A stretch of DNA of 64,000 bases from Takakia lepidozioides. Its lineage: Eukaryota > Plantae > Bryophyta. This document shows positions 11,810 through 24,292 of the stretch, in pieces. Position numbers and translations under genes: made by a program. Where the stretch lies: contig CM060733.1 in assembly GCA_030704615.1 (NCBI GenBank), positions 5,642,001-5,706,000 on the forward strand, in the 5' to 3' direction. How positions within the stretch are numbered: the first letter of the stretch is position 1; each line of letters opens with the position of its first letter. The notes below the pieces were generated by a model, which did no database searches, was not told where the DNA came from, and saw only the letters and a program-made list of their open reading frames with translations.

Positions 11810-13630
11810 CTGCAGGACTGTGAACCGCATTCATGAAGATTGCTGAGCCTGTAACTCTGCTAGACTGCTCGAGCCTATCCCATCCACGTCCGTATAATGT
11901 ATCAATGAATCCACTGCAACGACATCAATAATGCGGATATCCATGGGATATTCCATCCAAATGGTGGCGCAGACCTGTCCAGAGATCAACCGAGAAAATG
12001 CTCCCAAGGGTGGTTCCTGCTGCACTATATTACGAGGACATCCTCACACGGATCTCACACACCTGCCTTCTCTTCCTCACTCTTCCCTCTGTCTTGCGTG
12101 TATATGGGAAGTCTTCCCTGCGAGGGCTCACCGCGCTGTGCACGACCCCATCACCAACGTGGGCCCGAGGTGGGGGGGGGCTTCCCTTGCGTAAAGACAT
12201 AGGGTTACTTAAAGAGAAAAGAATTTAAGAGAAGAAAATATGACATGGCATAAGATCTAAGATCCCCCGTCCAAGGGACCTTACGCATAAAGTCATTGCC
12301 CGCTAACAGGATACTCCGTTAGAAAACGTCCCTGCAAATACAAAGGGAAAAAACCTGTAGGATTTTACGTGTGTGTGTGTGTTGAGGACGACGAAGATGG
12401 AGATGAAGGCAATTTTGAGTTATCCTGCTGGCAGCGATGGCGATGTTGTGGTGGGTGTTGAGATTGATATAGAGGAGGGCTGTCTGGTGCTAATCGAGAC
12501 CCTTCGGAAGTGCGAGGCTTGTTAAAGTGATAGCGACTCCTCAACAACTTAGCTTTAGGTATGTTCAAGATTACAAGTAGGTGGATTGAGATCAATGAAC
12601 CCTGCTTCGAGATTACCATCTGTGTTTTTCTTCTACTGTTCCCCCCACTGTATTCTTTTTTTCTCATGTGTTAAAATAGCAGATCCAGCAGTACTTCTGA
12701 GATCCTGATATCCAGCTCTCAAAATCATTTATGAATCCCCTGTCCCAGGTGTAAAAATCCCACAGGTCGCAAAAAACAGAACAGTAAATATACCTCTTCA
12801 CCCCACCAAACGGAACAGAACTATAGCTTCATCCATGCACCTGTTGGGTGTCTGTAGGACATAATAAGGTGACCAGTTCTCACTTTCTTGCACTCTTCAA
12901 CTTTCCAACCAAAAACTTTGTTGACAAAGGAAAGTGCTTTGAACTCCACAATGACACACAATCTGAATGCACAGACTCTAATGAGGCAACACATTAGGAG
13001 CAGGGGGAAGAAGGTTCAACTGTAAAGCCATCTCATAAATGGCAACGGCAGCCAAAGCCTTGGAGTCAGCTGTGGAGCGTCAAAGGGTGTGGTAAGGTAC
13101 TACGTACACCTTGATCAGCTCTCCATGCTCCTGCAGGCCTGTCTGTTGTCCTCGTAATGATTCTATCACCTAATCCAAATCGAAGGGCATTTAGTGCACT
13201 CAATAGCTGACAGGGCGGGCTACAATTTTGCTTTGGGGTCCATCTCCATCGGAGTACATCCTGTAAAGTTACAGATTAGCAAAAAAACGACGCGACCCGA
13301 CAGGTTGCGTCGACCTGTAGCCCTGCAAGCGTGAAAGAATGGATGGCAGACGCTTTCACCCTCATCTTCGTCTTCTCCCCCCCCCCCCTTTCGCCCGTCG
13401 CCCCATTTTTCAAGTAGCTAGCAAGATTCGACATGCACTCTTGAGTCTAATTTTATCTATTTAGACACTAACATAATTTCTTATTTTGTGCAAGGTTTGG
13501 AGATAAGAAGGATCGGCCCCTTAGTTCCTGACTTAAGAAGGTGCATTGCAAACGGTGCAGTCGGATTGACTCCAACAGTGAGGTGCGAGTTGAGATCAGA
13601 ATTTAGCCTAAGAGATGTCCAAAAAAAGAT

Positions 13631-15545
13631 GCATTTTACGAATTCTAACGTTTGCATCGACATGATCATTGATACATTTATCTATTATGATACGAAATTC
13701 ATTGGTTATTGTTTTATCTATTTTTGTAAGATATGATGTACAGTAACTAGCTGCTCCATATGGATGAAGTATAAATCGCACATTAGTATTAGCCTGTCAT
13801 AAATTTCCAACATTTTTACCGTATGCGTTTGTACGAACATCTTTGCAGGCTCATTTCAAAAAGATTGTTGGTTTTTTCAATCTACTACGTAGCACATATA
13901 TATATGTATCTTTTTGTATATTCAATAATGTCATAAACTCATCAAATGTAATATTTGTATCTGTATCCATTTTATTTAATTCAGAAAATATTTTTATATA
14001 ATGTTTTACGTTGTTTTTGTTTTTATGGAAGGGGTTCCAAAATAGTAGTTTTTATCCATTGAAGGCAATGGATAATGAAAACGACAAACAACCTCATTCT
14101 TTTTCCTACATGTACGTTTATGTCGTCCAAATATAGGTGCATTGACTATCCATAACATACCATGATCATGTTCACTACCTCGACTTTGAAATTTTGTGAC
14201 AAAGAAAAAATCTTGTAGAGGTCTGAAAATCGTATCATCTTTCTTACATTTAATATCTAAATGCCCCTCATTCGATGATCATAATACCGCGTACATGTTA
14301 TCGGATCCGATCGAACTAATTCAGCAATTTGTTTTGATTCTAAATTATCTACATTGTTTGAAATTCCTGAATTTTTATGGTTAAGTGAGTGTAGGGCTTC
14401 TAACAATGGTTTCCATTTACTTTCAGCACTTGTAAATGTGACAAAAAATGTTTGGGGTCCTAATTGTCTAATCATTGCAAAAGCCTCTTTTCATAGACAA
14501 GCCAAATAATCTAATGATGTTCAAAGTCTTTCAAGATCTCTATAACCAAGATCCGAACGTAATGATTTATCTAAATTTGGTTTATTAGAAAGATCGCATG
14601 CTTTCAATTGTCGACCATGAAGTTTACCTTTACGAATACGAATCCAAGATGATGAAATAACGCCATGAATCAAAACTTTAATAGCTTTAAAACAAAAATT
14701 AGAATATGTGTTGCAAATTTATAGTCTTTATGCGATTATCAATAACTCTCATTTAGCAATGTTTTGATAAGAAAAAATTGTAGTAATTTCTTGTGATCGA
14801 GGGAATCCAAAAAACAATGTTGGGAAATTTAATTCTTCGCTATGTACATCTTGGAAAAGACCCAGTGGTTTAAAGCTCACTAGGAGCAACAGTTATAATA
14901 CCATCATGAAATATTTCAATTTTTTCAGAAGTTAAAATATTCTCTACCAAAGTATCACTTGCAGTCTTTTCTTGTATCTCTTCAACATTATCTTGATTTT
15001 CTTCATGATTGTGTTCTTCACTATATGCATGTTAGGTATCATTTTCATTGTTATATGAGCATTTCTGCATTTGTCGAGAAGCCACAAACATGCCTAACCA
15101 TTGAGGATGAATACTTATTTGCGCTTCTATATATAATGGAGTATTACTAAGATCATGCAAAGCCAACATAATCAAATTCGTACATTTCCTGATAAATATT
15201 GAGATTTATATTCTAAACGTCGTTTTAAAAGCAATCCACTGACAGCTTCGTCATGTGGCAAATGAGGTAAAAAATGACTATGTTTCATTTACATTGGATG
15301 GAACATATATAATGCTACCAGGAATTCCATATTGGGCATAGCCTTGCAATTGATATATTTGTGAAAAAACCATGCGCGGAGCAATTAATCTTTCTTCCAA
15401 TCCATTTAGTATTTAAACAGAATCTATGGTTTTGTCGAGGGCTATTTTGTGAGGCACCGTGTATTTTGGAGGTTTATCTTTTGCAAGCATAGATTTACAG
15501 CTTCTACATAAAGATAAATTTGTGTTGATTTCGATATTTAACGAA

Positions 15546-15610
<65 letters not shown>

Positions 15611-16037
15611 CAAATTTTTAGTAAGTCGAAATATATATATTTTAAACCATAAGCGATGACAACATATATATAGATGAATTGGTGTATCAAGTAATTTGTC
15701 CATGTATTGAACTTGATAATCAATTTTACTGGAAAGACTATTACTAGAAAATATTATATGTAAGTGAAGTTTTCGTATTATAGTTGTGTACACATTCCGA
15801 GCTATTTGATTTTTTAGGTTCTTGTATTTGCTTAGCAATATATTTTTGTTTTTGATTAATTCGTCTCAAGTGAGAATAAATTTGAGTAAATTTTAGTTCT
15901 ATACTTGTATATTCTTTAGCAAACATGAACGCAATATCTTTTAGGGTGGACGATGGAAATTCAACCATGAGTTTGACCATACATTGGTCATGAGCTGGTA
16001 GCCACTTGAAACGCATTTGTTTGGATCTTATCTTCAT
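13631..16037 (-). pseudogene. Helentron Rep (HUH) region with upstream Cys-rich and DUF6570-like segments
   Basis: CCHRLWF...CRSC; LEERLIAPRMVFSQI...GSIIYVP; MIRQLGPQTFFVTFTSAESKW; DPITCTRYYDHR; FQSRGSEHDHGMLW; ANTNVRFILHPYGAASYCTSYLTK. Confidence 0.9.
15548..15603. repeat. (TA)n microsatellite
   Basis: Direct reading. Confidence 0.95.
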
Positions 16038-16634
16038 TTTTAATCATACTATGATTAATTTGTTGATGTTTTGCTAGTATCATTTACAATATCATGGACC
16101 GATGCTGAACAAGACAATGAAGTTATAGTCTTAGAATTTAAATCAACATCCGATTACATTTTTGGTTGCATGATAGACTTAGTAGAATGAGTAGAAGTCG
16201 AAGATGAGTTGTGATTATTAGTAATAGGTTTGTAGTGACAAGTGTTGTGCGGTTCTTGCCATATTGAAGGAACCGCCGGTTCCGGTTCTTTGGTATATTT
16301 AAAGAGGCGGTTTCTGGTTCCGGATCCAGTTCTTTTTTATGAAGTGGGTTCCGGTTCCAAAATTCATGAGCAGATTCCGGTCCCGGTTCCGGGTACTTTT
16401 TGGGAAGGAACCGCCGGTTCCAGTTTCTGGTTCCGGTTCTCTATTTTTTGAATTTAAAAATATATATTAAAATTTTAATCGTTTTTTTATAAATCTGAAA
16501 ATGATTTGTTAGTTATATCAAATATTTTGACCATGTTGAAAAGAAACAACACAACATTCATCTACAAATTTATGAAATAATAATAATGCAATGTAAATGA
16601 GTATAAATCAATGTGTATAGAGTACACAAAGAAA

Positions 16635-18970
16635 TCATTCTATCTCAAACAACTCGGCCTTTGTAATCAACTCCTCGTTGTCATCTAAGAGGACTTCCTC
16701 ACTTTTGAAAAACTCATTCATGGAAGAGCTCATGCAACCAACACGAGCATCATTCGGCCAATTCTTGACAATGCTCACAAGCATATCAAGGTTCTCAACG
16801 CCTAACTTGCAACGTCGCAAGTTTGTAATAACACTTGTAATGCTAAAAACCCTCTCAGATTAAATCTGAGACCCAACATGAGACGTGTCAAATACCCTAT
16901 ATATGGAAATACAAATTCGTGCTCTTTCCACCATTTCAAATAAGCACTACACTCAGTGTCACTGACCTTTTTCCTTCGGAAATGCGCAAGCTGATCTCTC
17001 ACCACCATCAATGCCATATCCTCACAATGGCTCCTCCAAACCAAACAATGACATGTCATCCTGAGTGGAATTTGGCTCTGGCTGGGTCGTAGTATCCGGG
17101 TGAAGGATTTTGAAACATTTGACCAAAAGAGGCTCCAACACCAAGGTGTCATATTGCCGAGCAATGATATGTCCCCGTTCTCTGCCCACATATTGTGTCA
17201 CCAAGGACAATCCCTTGAAACGCAGATCAAACATCAGCACCAACATATTGTGGGCTTTCAATGATTGAACTCCTTCCAGAAATGAGAGAAATGGCCTCAA
17301 TACATGCACCACCTCCTGAGCCAACCTACATTCTAACAATTACAACTCCGCATCAAAATCCCCAATGCAATAATCCACTGTACCTGCCCTTCGAACACTC
17401 TATGTTCGCATGCGTACACAAGTTGTATTGGCTACAGCAAGGGCATCAGACAACAGCCGGTATTCGCCTGACTGGTTCATAACACACTCATGAACCACAT
17501 ATCCGATAACCGTGGAAATAGACTTTGCAATTGCCCACACTTGTAGGAAATGTGGGCTTGGTATTCGAGATTACAAAGACAGTGAAGCCTGCCTAGAATA
17601 ACAAGTAATTATGGCTTATCGAAATTCCAAAGTTTCTTGAAAGATGATAACCTTGGAAGCAAACCTGGTTTTCAGCTTCAGCTTGCAAGGATAAATGTCA
17701 TTATCAACACATGCTGCATTCCATTCTTGTCTTCTCTTTCCACTCTTCTTGGTCCAAGTGATGGTATTCTGCAACTCTGATTGAGCATCATTTATAGACA
17801 CAACCCTCATATCCATGCACACATTTGCATCAGTCGTGGCATACTGACAACACTTGGACATTGCACGTCCAAAGCAACTTCCCACAAATGGTGCAGACAA
17901 TCATAATGGGGCACAAGACACGATTGCATTCAAAGCTACAGTCAAAGTACCCAAATTACCTTCTTCATCTTTGACATAAGCTATGATGCGGGAATTCAAA
18001 CCATACTTTGTCGAAAGGTCATTCACTTGTCGTACCATGGCTGCCCCGATGTATCAAGTGCCTCAAACATTCCCAATGTCACATGACATGGTTTCCATTG
18101 CTCATTAAGGAAGTGCACTATGATGACAAAAATATCTCTTCCTCCTCTGGACATCCACAAATCAAAACTGACAGTACAAATTGCACAACTGGATATCAAT
18201 GGGGAGATGTACAAGTCTTGTGTTTTTGCTGCCAGTGATGAGTGCGTCTCATTCACAATTGTGCGTCAAAAGGGGAAAACTAGACGATCATTTTATCTCC
18301 CCACTACCATTTGTAGCAGAGATTCGACCAAAGACAATGGTAACAACTCTTTTGCAATAAACATGACCAAATCCTCGTTGAACATTTTTCTACCGCTTCA
18401 TCATCTTTCTTGTATGAAGTTCGACTGTTAAATAAAAAAGATATGTTCCCTAGGGTAGGGCCAAGTCTCTTCTTCGCAGGTCTACGAACATCCGACCCAT
18501 CTTTTTCCATTTTAATTCACTTACTAACTAAAGCCCCATGTTTCTGATTCATATGCTTGTGAAGAACATAGTTTCCATGGTCTTTGTTGTAAGTCATACA
18601 TCCTGGAGCAAGATCAAACACAAGAGCAGGATGACAAAACACACACCTCATATACTGCGGATGTGTTGCATCTACTGGACCCGCGTTGGCAACTGCATAA
18701 AACGCCCATGACGAATCAATGCGATTGTAAGGTCTCCAAGAATAACGTTGCTTGCATAGGGTCGAAAACTGCTCTTCCGAGGACAATGAGTTGTTTGAAT
18801 ACTGTGATATTGTGGAAGACCCACCGACCACTGATGATGCGAGAGGAATTGATGAAGAAGACGATGCACATATAGCTCCTCCAAGCATAGGGTACCATAG
18901 CTCCCACATTGTTGACATCGATGTCATAAACAACACCTCCCTCCAGTTCTTCAAAGATATTGGGCTCCAT
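16635..18970 (-). pseudogene. hAT transposase, frameshifted
   Basis: BED-like CVFCH...HMNQKH, catalytic-region SFDLWMSRGGRDIF, and dimerisation region WWKEHEFVFPYIG...ERVFS...NLDMLVSIVKNW. Confidence 0.9.
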
Positions 18971-19699
18971 AACGTTGCAAATACACTCCCTGAATCAAAT
19001 TAACCAATCCAACCCAATTCATACTTAAACATTCATACAATGCAAATTTGTAATATTATTATACCAATGAGAGCCTAGTAAATTGCACAACACTGTACAT
19101 AAGGGGGGCTAGTCTTATGACATTAAATACCCAATCCCACAGGTAGAGCCAAATATTCAAGCAAGGGCATACATACAAGCTCTTGGGTGGCACAAACATT
19201 CATACATTCAAAGTAGATCACATACATATAAATGTATGATAGGTCATTTCAGTCATTCAGCCCCTTCAGGCACCATGATAGATCCTCAAATGTGAAAATT
19301 CAGTTTTCAGGTGTCATGAGTGGCAATCAAATGCACACTAGGTACACCTCTTTCATATTTCCTAATGCTATTATAAGCCATTGGCTACAGTAGACCAGCC
19401 AAGAGAGCATGTAGATTGACAATTTTCAGATTTCCTAATGCTAACACAAGGTACTGGCTACAATAGATGAGCCAAGCTGCTTGGTTACATTACTTTGTCA
19501 TTCAAGGAATAAAAGAGAGAGAGAAGGCTAAAATGACATAGTACAAGCTGCTTGGTTGCATTAATTTGCCATGAAATGAAGAAGAGAGAGAGAGATGGAG
19601 GGCTAAAGGCTCTAGTACAAGTTTCTCAGCTGCACAACTTTGCCATGAAATGACAAAAAAAAAAAAAAAGGTTAACCTCCAAGGAGGTTGTTGTGCTGA

Positions 19700-20210
19700 C
19701 TGCACTGTTCCTTCCCCCACGCGCTAAGGTGTTGCTCCCTCCCCCGCGCTGATGCTCGCACTGTTGCAGCACATCGCGCAAGTGGAAGGAGGTGAGAAAC
19801 AATACAACGTGGAATTTTTTTAAATAAAAATAAAAATAAAAATAAAATCCGTTTACGCTGTTAAATCTGTTTACGCTGCTATTTCCTCCCCGCGCTGCTC
19901 CGCCTCTCCCACGCGCGGAGGTGCTGCTCCCTCCCTCGTGCTGATGCTCGCGCTGTTGCAGCACATCGCGCAGGTGGGAGGTGCGAGACCGCAGAACCAA
20001 GAAAACCAAAAAAAAAAAAAAAAAAAAAAAAACGCTTCCACTTCGCTCCGCGCTGCTACACTGCTCCCTCCCTCACGCGCTGAGACATTGCTCCCTCCTC
20101 CACGCGCTGTTGCTCTGATCCCTCTCCCCCGCACTGATGCGCGCTGCTCCTTCCCCCGCGTTCAAGTCGCGCTACTGCAGTATTTCGTGCACATTGGAGG
20201 TGAGAGACAA
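19700..20210. repeat. About three GC-rich ~200-bp internal repeats of the hAT element
   Basis: GCTGATGCTCGC.CTGTTGCAGCACATCGCGCA at ~19748 and ~19940, with a degenerate copy at ~20157. Confidence 0.7.
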
Positions 20211-20361
20211 CAGAACGCGAAAACCGATTTTTTTTATAAAAATGGCTCGTCCCTGCGCCTCCGGTTCTTGGGCGCCGGTTCCGGTTGCAGGAACTAGTCC
20301 CAAGAACCGGAACCGGAACCACTGGTTCCAACCCGCCTAAGCTTATACCCGCGCAACATTG

Positions 20362-20780
20362 GTAGTGACCACTTCGTGTGAAATGTCTATCATCGTATGG
20401 TAATTGTAGAGCGGTATGTGAACCAAATTGATCCCCTGCTGAAATCATGACACGTTTGTTGACGTGTGACCATACTAATATTGATCTTTGCAAATAATTT
20501 GCAAGACAAACCACAACACGATTATCGCCTTTCAAACCTCCATTGGTAGCACTAATAGACATGCTTGAATGTATTCATCAAGTGAATGTATACTATGGAG
20601 CTCATAAAGAGCTTCTTTAGATAAATGAATTTGAATGGTCTCAATCATTTCATCATTATGAGCTTGTAACGTTTGCTAAAAATAAGACGTGCTTTCTCGA
20701 CGCAGTGCCATAGAAGTTTGTGCATAGTGCAACAAATAAGCCACTGAGTCAAACAAACAATCTCCTACTGTATATAGATA
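20362..20780 (-). pseudogene. OTU cysteine-protease domain of the Helentron
   Basis: GDCLFDSVAYLL (catalytic Cys motif) ... CLANYLQRSILVWS ... SGHY (catalytic His). The frame resumes as HYKPITNN left of 16239. Confidence 0.8.
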
Positions 20781-21229
20781 GCTATGCATGCATTTCATTT
20801 CAGATGTTGAGATTGCAAAATTCTGTCTATATCCATATTTAAGTCAAATTGTTTAGCCATTACAATATGTTAGATGAACCAAAAGTTTAATATCACTTCA
20901 AATTAGTTAATTAGTTTATACATGTTAATAGAAATCATCACACAATAATTTATATTATGTAGAATTATGAATTTCATATATAATATGATTTTAGGTCATT
21001 TTAGTTTTTGAAAGCATTTAGACTTAAATTGGATTGGATAGTTTATATCTCAATGTTTGATTTTATAAAATATGTAGCTATATAATTATTTAATATATAT
21101 AAATATTCTTTAAATAGTTTATAAAATACAATATGATTAGGATTTGATGGGAATCTAAAACAGACAAACATACATTCTCGTTATACTGAGTAGATAAACA
21201 TAATAAAAAATTGAGATAAATTAAGATTA

Positions 21230-22335
21230 GTATAATTAAAAATTTGTGTTGGACAAAATGTGAGATATTACTGAGGAACCGAAAGAAATTATAATAGTTG
21301 AGGTTCTGAATGAAATAACCGAGGCAATAAAATAAATTTAAACTGATATAATTAAAAGATTGTGAGAGTCAGGGAAATGCTGACAAATCTGAATGGAAGG
21401 ATTGTGATAAATAACTGAGGGATCCGAGAAATCTTAAAGTATATAACTAATGGATCACAAATATTTTAATCTAGATTACAGTAAGATTAATTTGTGAGAA
21501 ATATTCAAGGGACACTTGAAAATTTGAGTTGAAGTATTGTAGGAAATAACTGAGGGACTGAGAGATATTTTAAAATATACAAGTAATGTAACCAAACAGA
21601 TTTTAAATTAGCATGCACAAATCATAGCAAGATTATTTGTGGATATAGTAAGGGACACTAGAAAATCTGAGCTGAAGAATTTGAAGAAACAACCAAGGGA
21701 CTGAAAAAACACAACTAATGGATCAGAAATGTCTACTTTAATCTAGTATGCATAATCACAACAAGATTATTCGTTCATGGAAGTATTTAAGGGACACTTG
21801 AAAATCTAGATTGAAGAATTGTGGGAAATAATTGAGGGACCGAGATAAATTTTACAATATACAACTACTAGATCATCATAAAATATTTTAAATTAGTATG
21901 CATATACAGCAGGATTATTCGTGGAAGATTTAAGGGAGACTTAAAAATCTGGATTGAAGAATTCTAGGAAATAACTGAGGGACTGAGAGAAATTTTACAA
22001 TATACAACTAATAGATCAAAAAAAATTCTAAACTAGTATGTATATATCACAACAGGATTATTTGTGAAAATATCCATGGGACACTAGAAAATCTGAACTG
22101 AGCATGTAGTAAATAACTGAGGGACTAGAGAAATTTTACACTATTACAACTAATAGATCAGAAAAGATTTAATCTAGTATGGATAAGTCATAAAACAGGA
22201 TTATTCGTGGAAATATCCAAGATAAAGTGGAAAATCTGAACTGAAGGATTGTAGGATATAATCGAGGGATGGATAGAAATTTAAAAATATATACAACTAA
22301 TACATCAGAAAAGATTTTAAACTAGTATGCATAAA
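21230..22335. repeat. AT-rich tandem array of about 8 units of ~140 bp
   Basis: The core ATAACTGAGGGA recurs at ~21269, 21411, 21546, 21689, 21829, 21971, 22113 and 22258, along with shared GATTATT and GAAAATCTGA motifs. Confidence 0.9.
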
Positions 22336-22595
22336 TAAATAAATAATATAATTGTTATTCTAGTATAGATTAGTTATCATAAAAAAAGACAAACCACTAG
22401 AATGTTACTTAAATTAAAACAAATTCAAAAACAATTTTTGAAGTTTTATAAATAACTTATCTCGATCAAATTGCGATCGCAGCTTACGAAATTCAAGGTA
22501 GACCTGCCGTCGAGTTCAAATGTCTGTAATTTGTGATCAGAGTAACAGAACATATAGCCTCATAATTGAATACCTCAACAACAAAGGTAGCAAAA

Positions 22596-24292
22596 TTAAT
22601 GGACCTTCACGTAACTAAGAACTTCCAGAGAAGCATGATCCTCAAAGCCCACGAGATTGCCAACATGATTAAGTGAGAAACGACCAACAAGTTTCACGGC
22701 GCTCAAAGTTTTTACCACAGAGAGCTTATTTGAACGATGGGCATCATTCAAACTTTGTTCATCAAGGCCAACGATTGCTTGCACCCAATCAACGTTGACA
22801 TGCACTTGCACAACACCGTCTACACCATGAACATTCCCTATGATATAATCTTATAAATTGCAATGCCCATTGTGCTTGCATGCATTGCAGTAGAACAGAC
22901 CGTCGTCTTGCTTCACAATGTCAGCAAGGCCACAACCAGCACATGCTCGTTTGACAGAAGAGATAGATGGAGCTGCGATGTAGAACGTACAAAAAATAAA
23001 TAAAAATACTATTAATAATTTATTTTCATATTCTAAGTTATATTAGATTTGTCATGACACTGTTCATATGATCAATTGAATAATCATGAACAACTAACTA
23101 GCAACTTGGATAATCCTGTAGACAAGATTTCTACGTAGTAGCTTCAAAATCATCGAGAATTCAAATCACAACCAACGTTTGTAACTAGCAGTCTTTGGTC
23201 TTCGGTGCAAGGACAATGTTACTAACTACTAGCTTCGATTTCATATCTCGGGTAATCATAGATAAAATTTCTAACTAGTACAGCTCTCTGTCTTCATAAT
23301 CAAATACCTAGGTTTCTAATAGTTAATAGCTTGTTGGCCAATCAACAATTACACTGAAGTTCAGACTCAATTTGCCCCTGCCCATACATTAAAACTACTA
23401 GATCCTAAGATTAAATGTGAATATACCTACGTTGTGATACCATTCAATCCGTGAGCTGTATGGGCTTCATGCACACAATGGAGTCGCTCCTTAATGTCCT
23501 CGTTCACCACAGGTGCAAAAATAGTGCATGATAGTGTAATAAGCCGAACGTTCTCACTTGAGGTTGAACCAACGTTTTTTTAGGAGAGTGTAAGTAGGCT
23601 CTCCACAACGATACTGTTGAACCAATCGGTCTTACTCCCCATGGAGACAAGGTAGATAGCTCACCTGCAAACAATCCATGAAAATATTGAGAATTGGATT
23701 TGTATTGACTTATAGTTTCATTCACAAAAGATGAACATGTGGGAGCTTTTACAAGTTAGAGTAGAGCGCGTACAATTTGGATATCAGACTGTGTGTTTTC
23801 ATCCGCAACGGTAATCTCGAATTTGCTGTCGACTTCTCCACGTACGGCGATGACCACCATCCCAATAGTAGCAGTAGCAATTTTTTCATGCACTTTTTGG
23901 GCAAAGCTCACGATAGTTTCACCAACGAGAAAGTGAAGAGAAAATGGAAATAAATGGAGCGATGATCTCCACTTTGGTGGCTGAGCTGATCTTGACCACA
24001 ACATCCATGTCTCCCTCTTTCAAATTCTGCTTATTACGGACGGAGGAGTTCTCCAAACGTATTAAAGCTCCTCGTTGTTGGAATCAGTCTGCACAAGAGA
24101 ACTAGATATTGTGATGATCACCGTAGTAAACCCATAGATGTCTGTAAACTCACAATGCAAGTATGAGAATGCACCTAGGGAATCAAAACACTGTTGGTCC
24201 GCTCCCTCTTGATCACAGTTGTCATGATAAGTTAGTACACACAAACAATTACCTCTCACAATTACACTGACGGTCACTGAGAAGACACACAC
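22596..24292 (-). pseudogene. RPA1-like OB-fold/zinc-ribbon gene associated with the Helentron; intron-containing and decayed
   Basis: The last exon reads KRACAGCGLADIVKQDDGLFYCNACKH (C-x2-C-x14-C-x2-C) followed by beta-rich sequence. Upstream fragments are beta-rich. It is co-oriented with Rep-helicase. Confidence 0.55.

Larger units (their letters stand above)
16240..20361 (-). mobile_element. hAT-superfamily transposon (4.1 kb) nested in the Helentron
   Basis: 8-bp TSD GTAGTGAC at 16232-16239 and 20362-20369; imperfect TIRs AAGTGTTGTGCGG / CCGCGCAACATTG; subterminal CCGGTT and GGAACCG repeats at both ends. Confidence 0.93.
8137..24292 (-). mobile_element. Decayed Helentron/Helitron2-type rolling-circle transposon; termini unresolved; contains nested insertions
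   Basis: Co-oriented minus-strand domains, 5' to 3': RPA-like OB/Zn gene, tandem array, OTU, Cys-rich plus DUF6570-like region, HUH Rep, Pif1 helicase, EEP endonuclease. Many stops and frameshifts. Confidence 0.85.

Noticed and set aside
11900-11975. PFGWNIPW, resembling the dynein heavy-chain GWNIPY motif
   Set aside because: Too short, with no flanking similarity.
19626-20340. ORFs in the GC-rich hAT subterminal region
   Set aside because: They are translations of low-complexity repeats and homopolymer runs.
21230-22335. CRISPR-like array
   Set aside because: Whole units are homologous with no unique spacers, there are no cas genes, and the context is eukaryotic.
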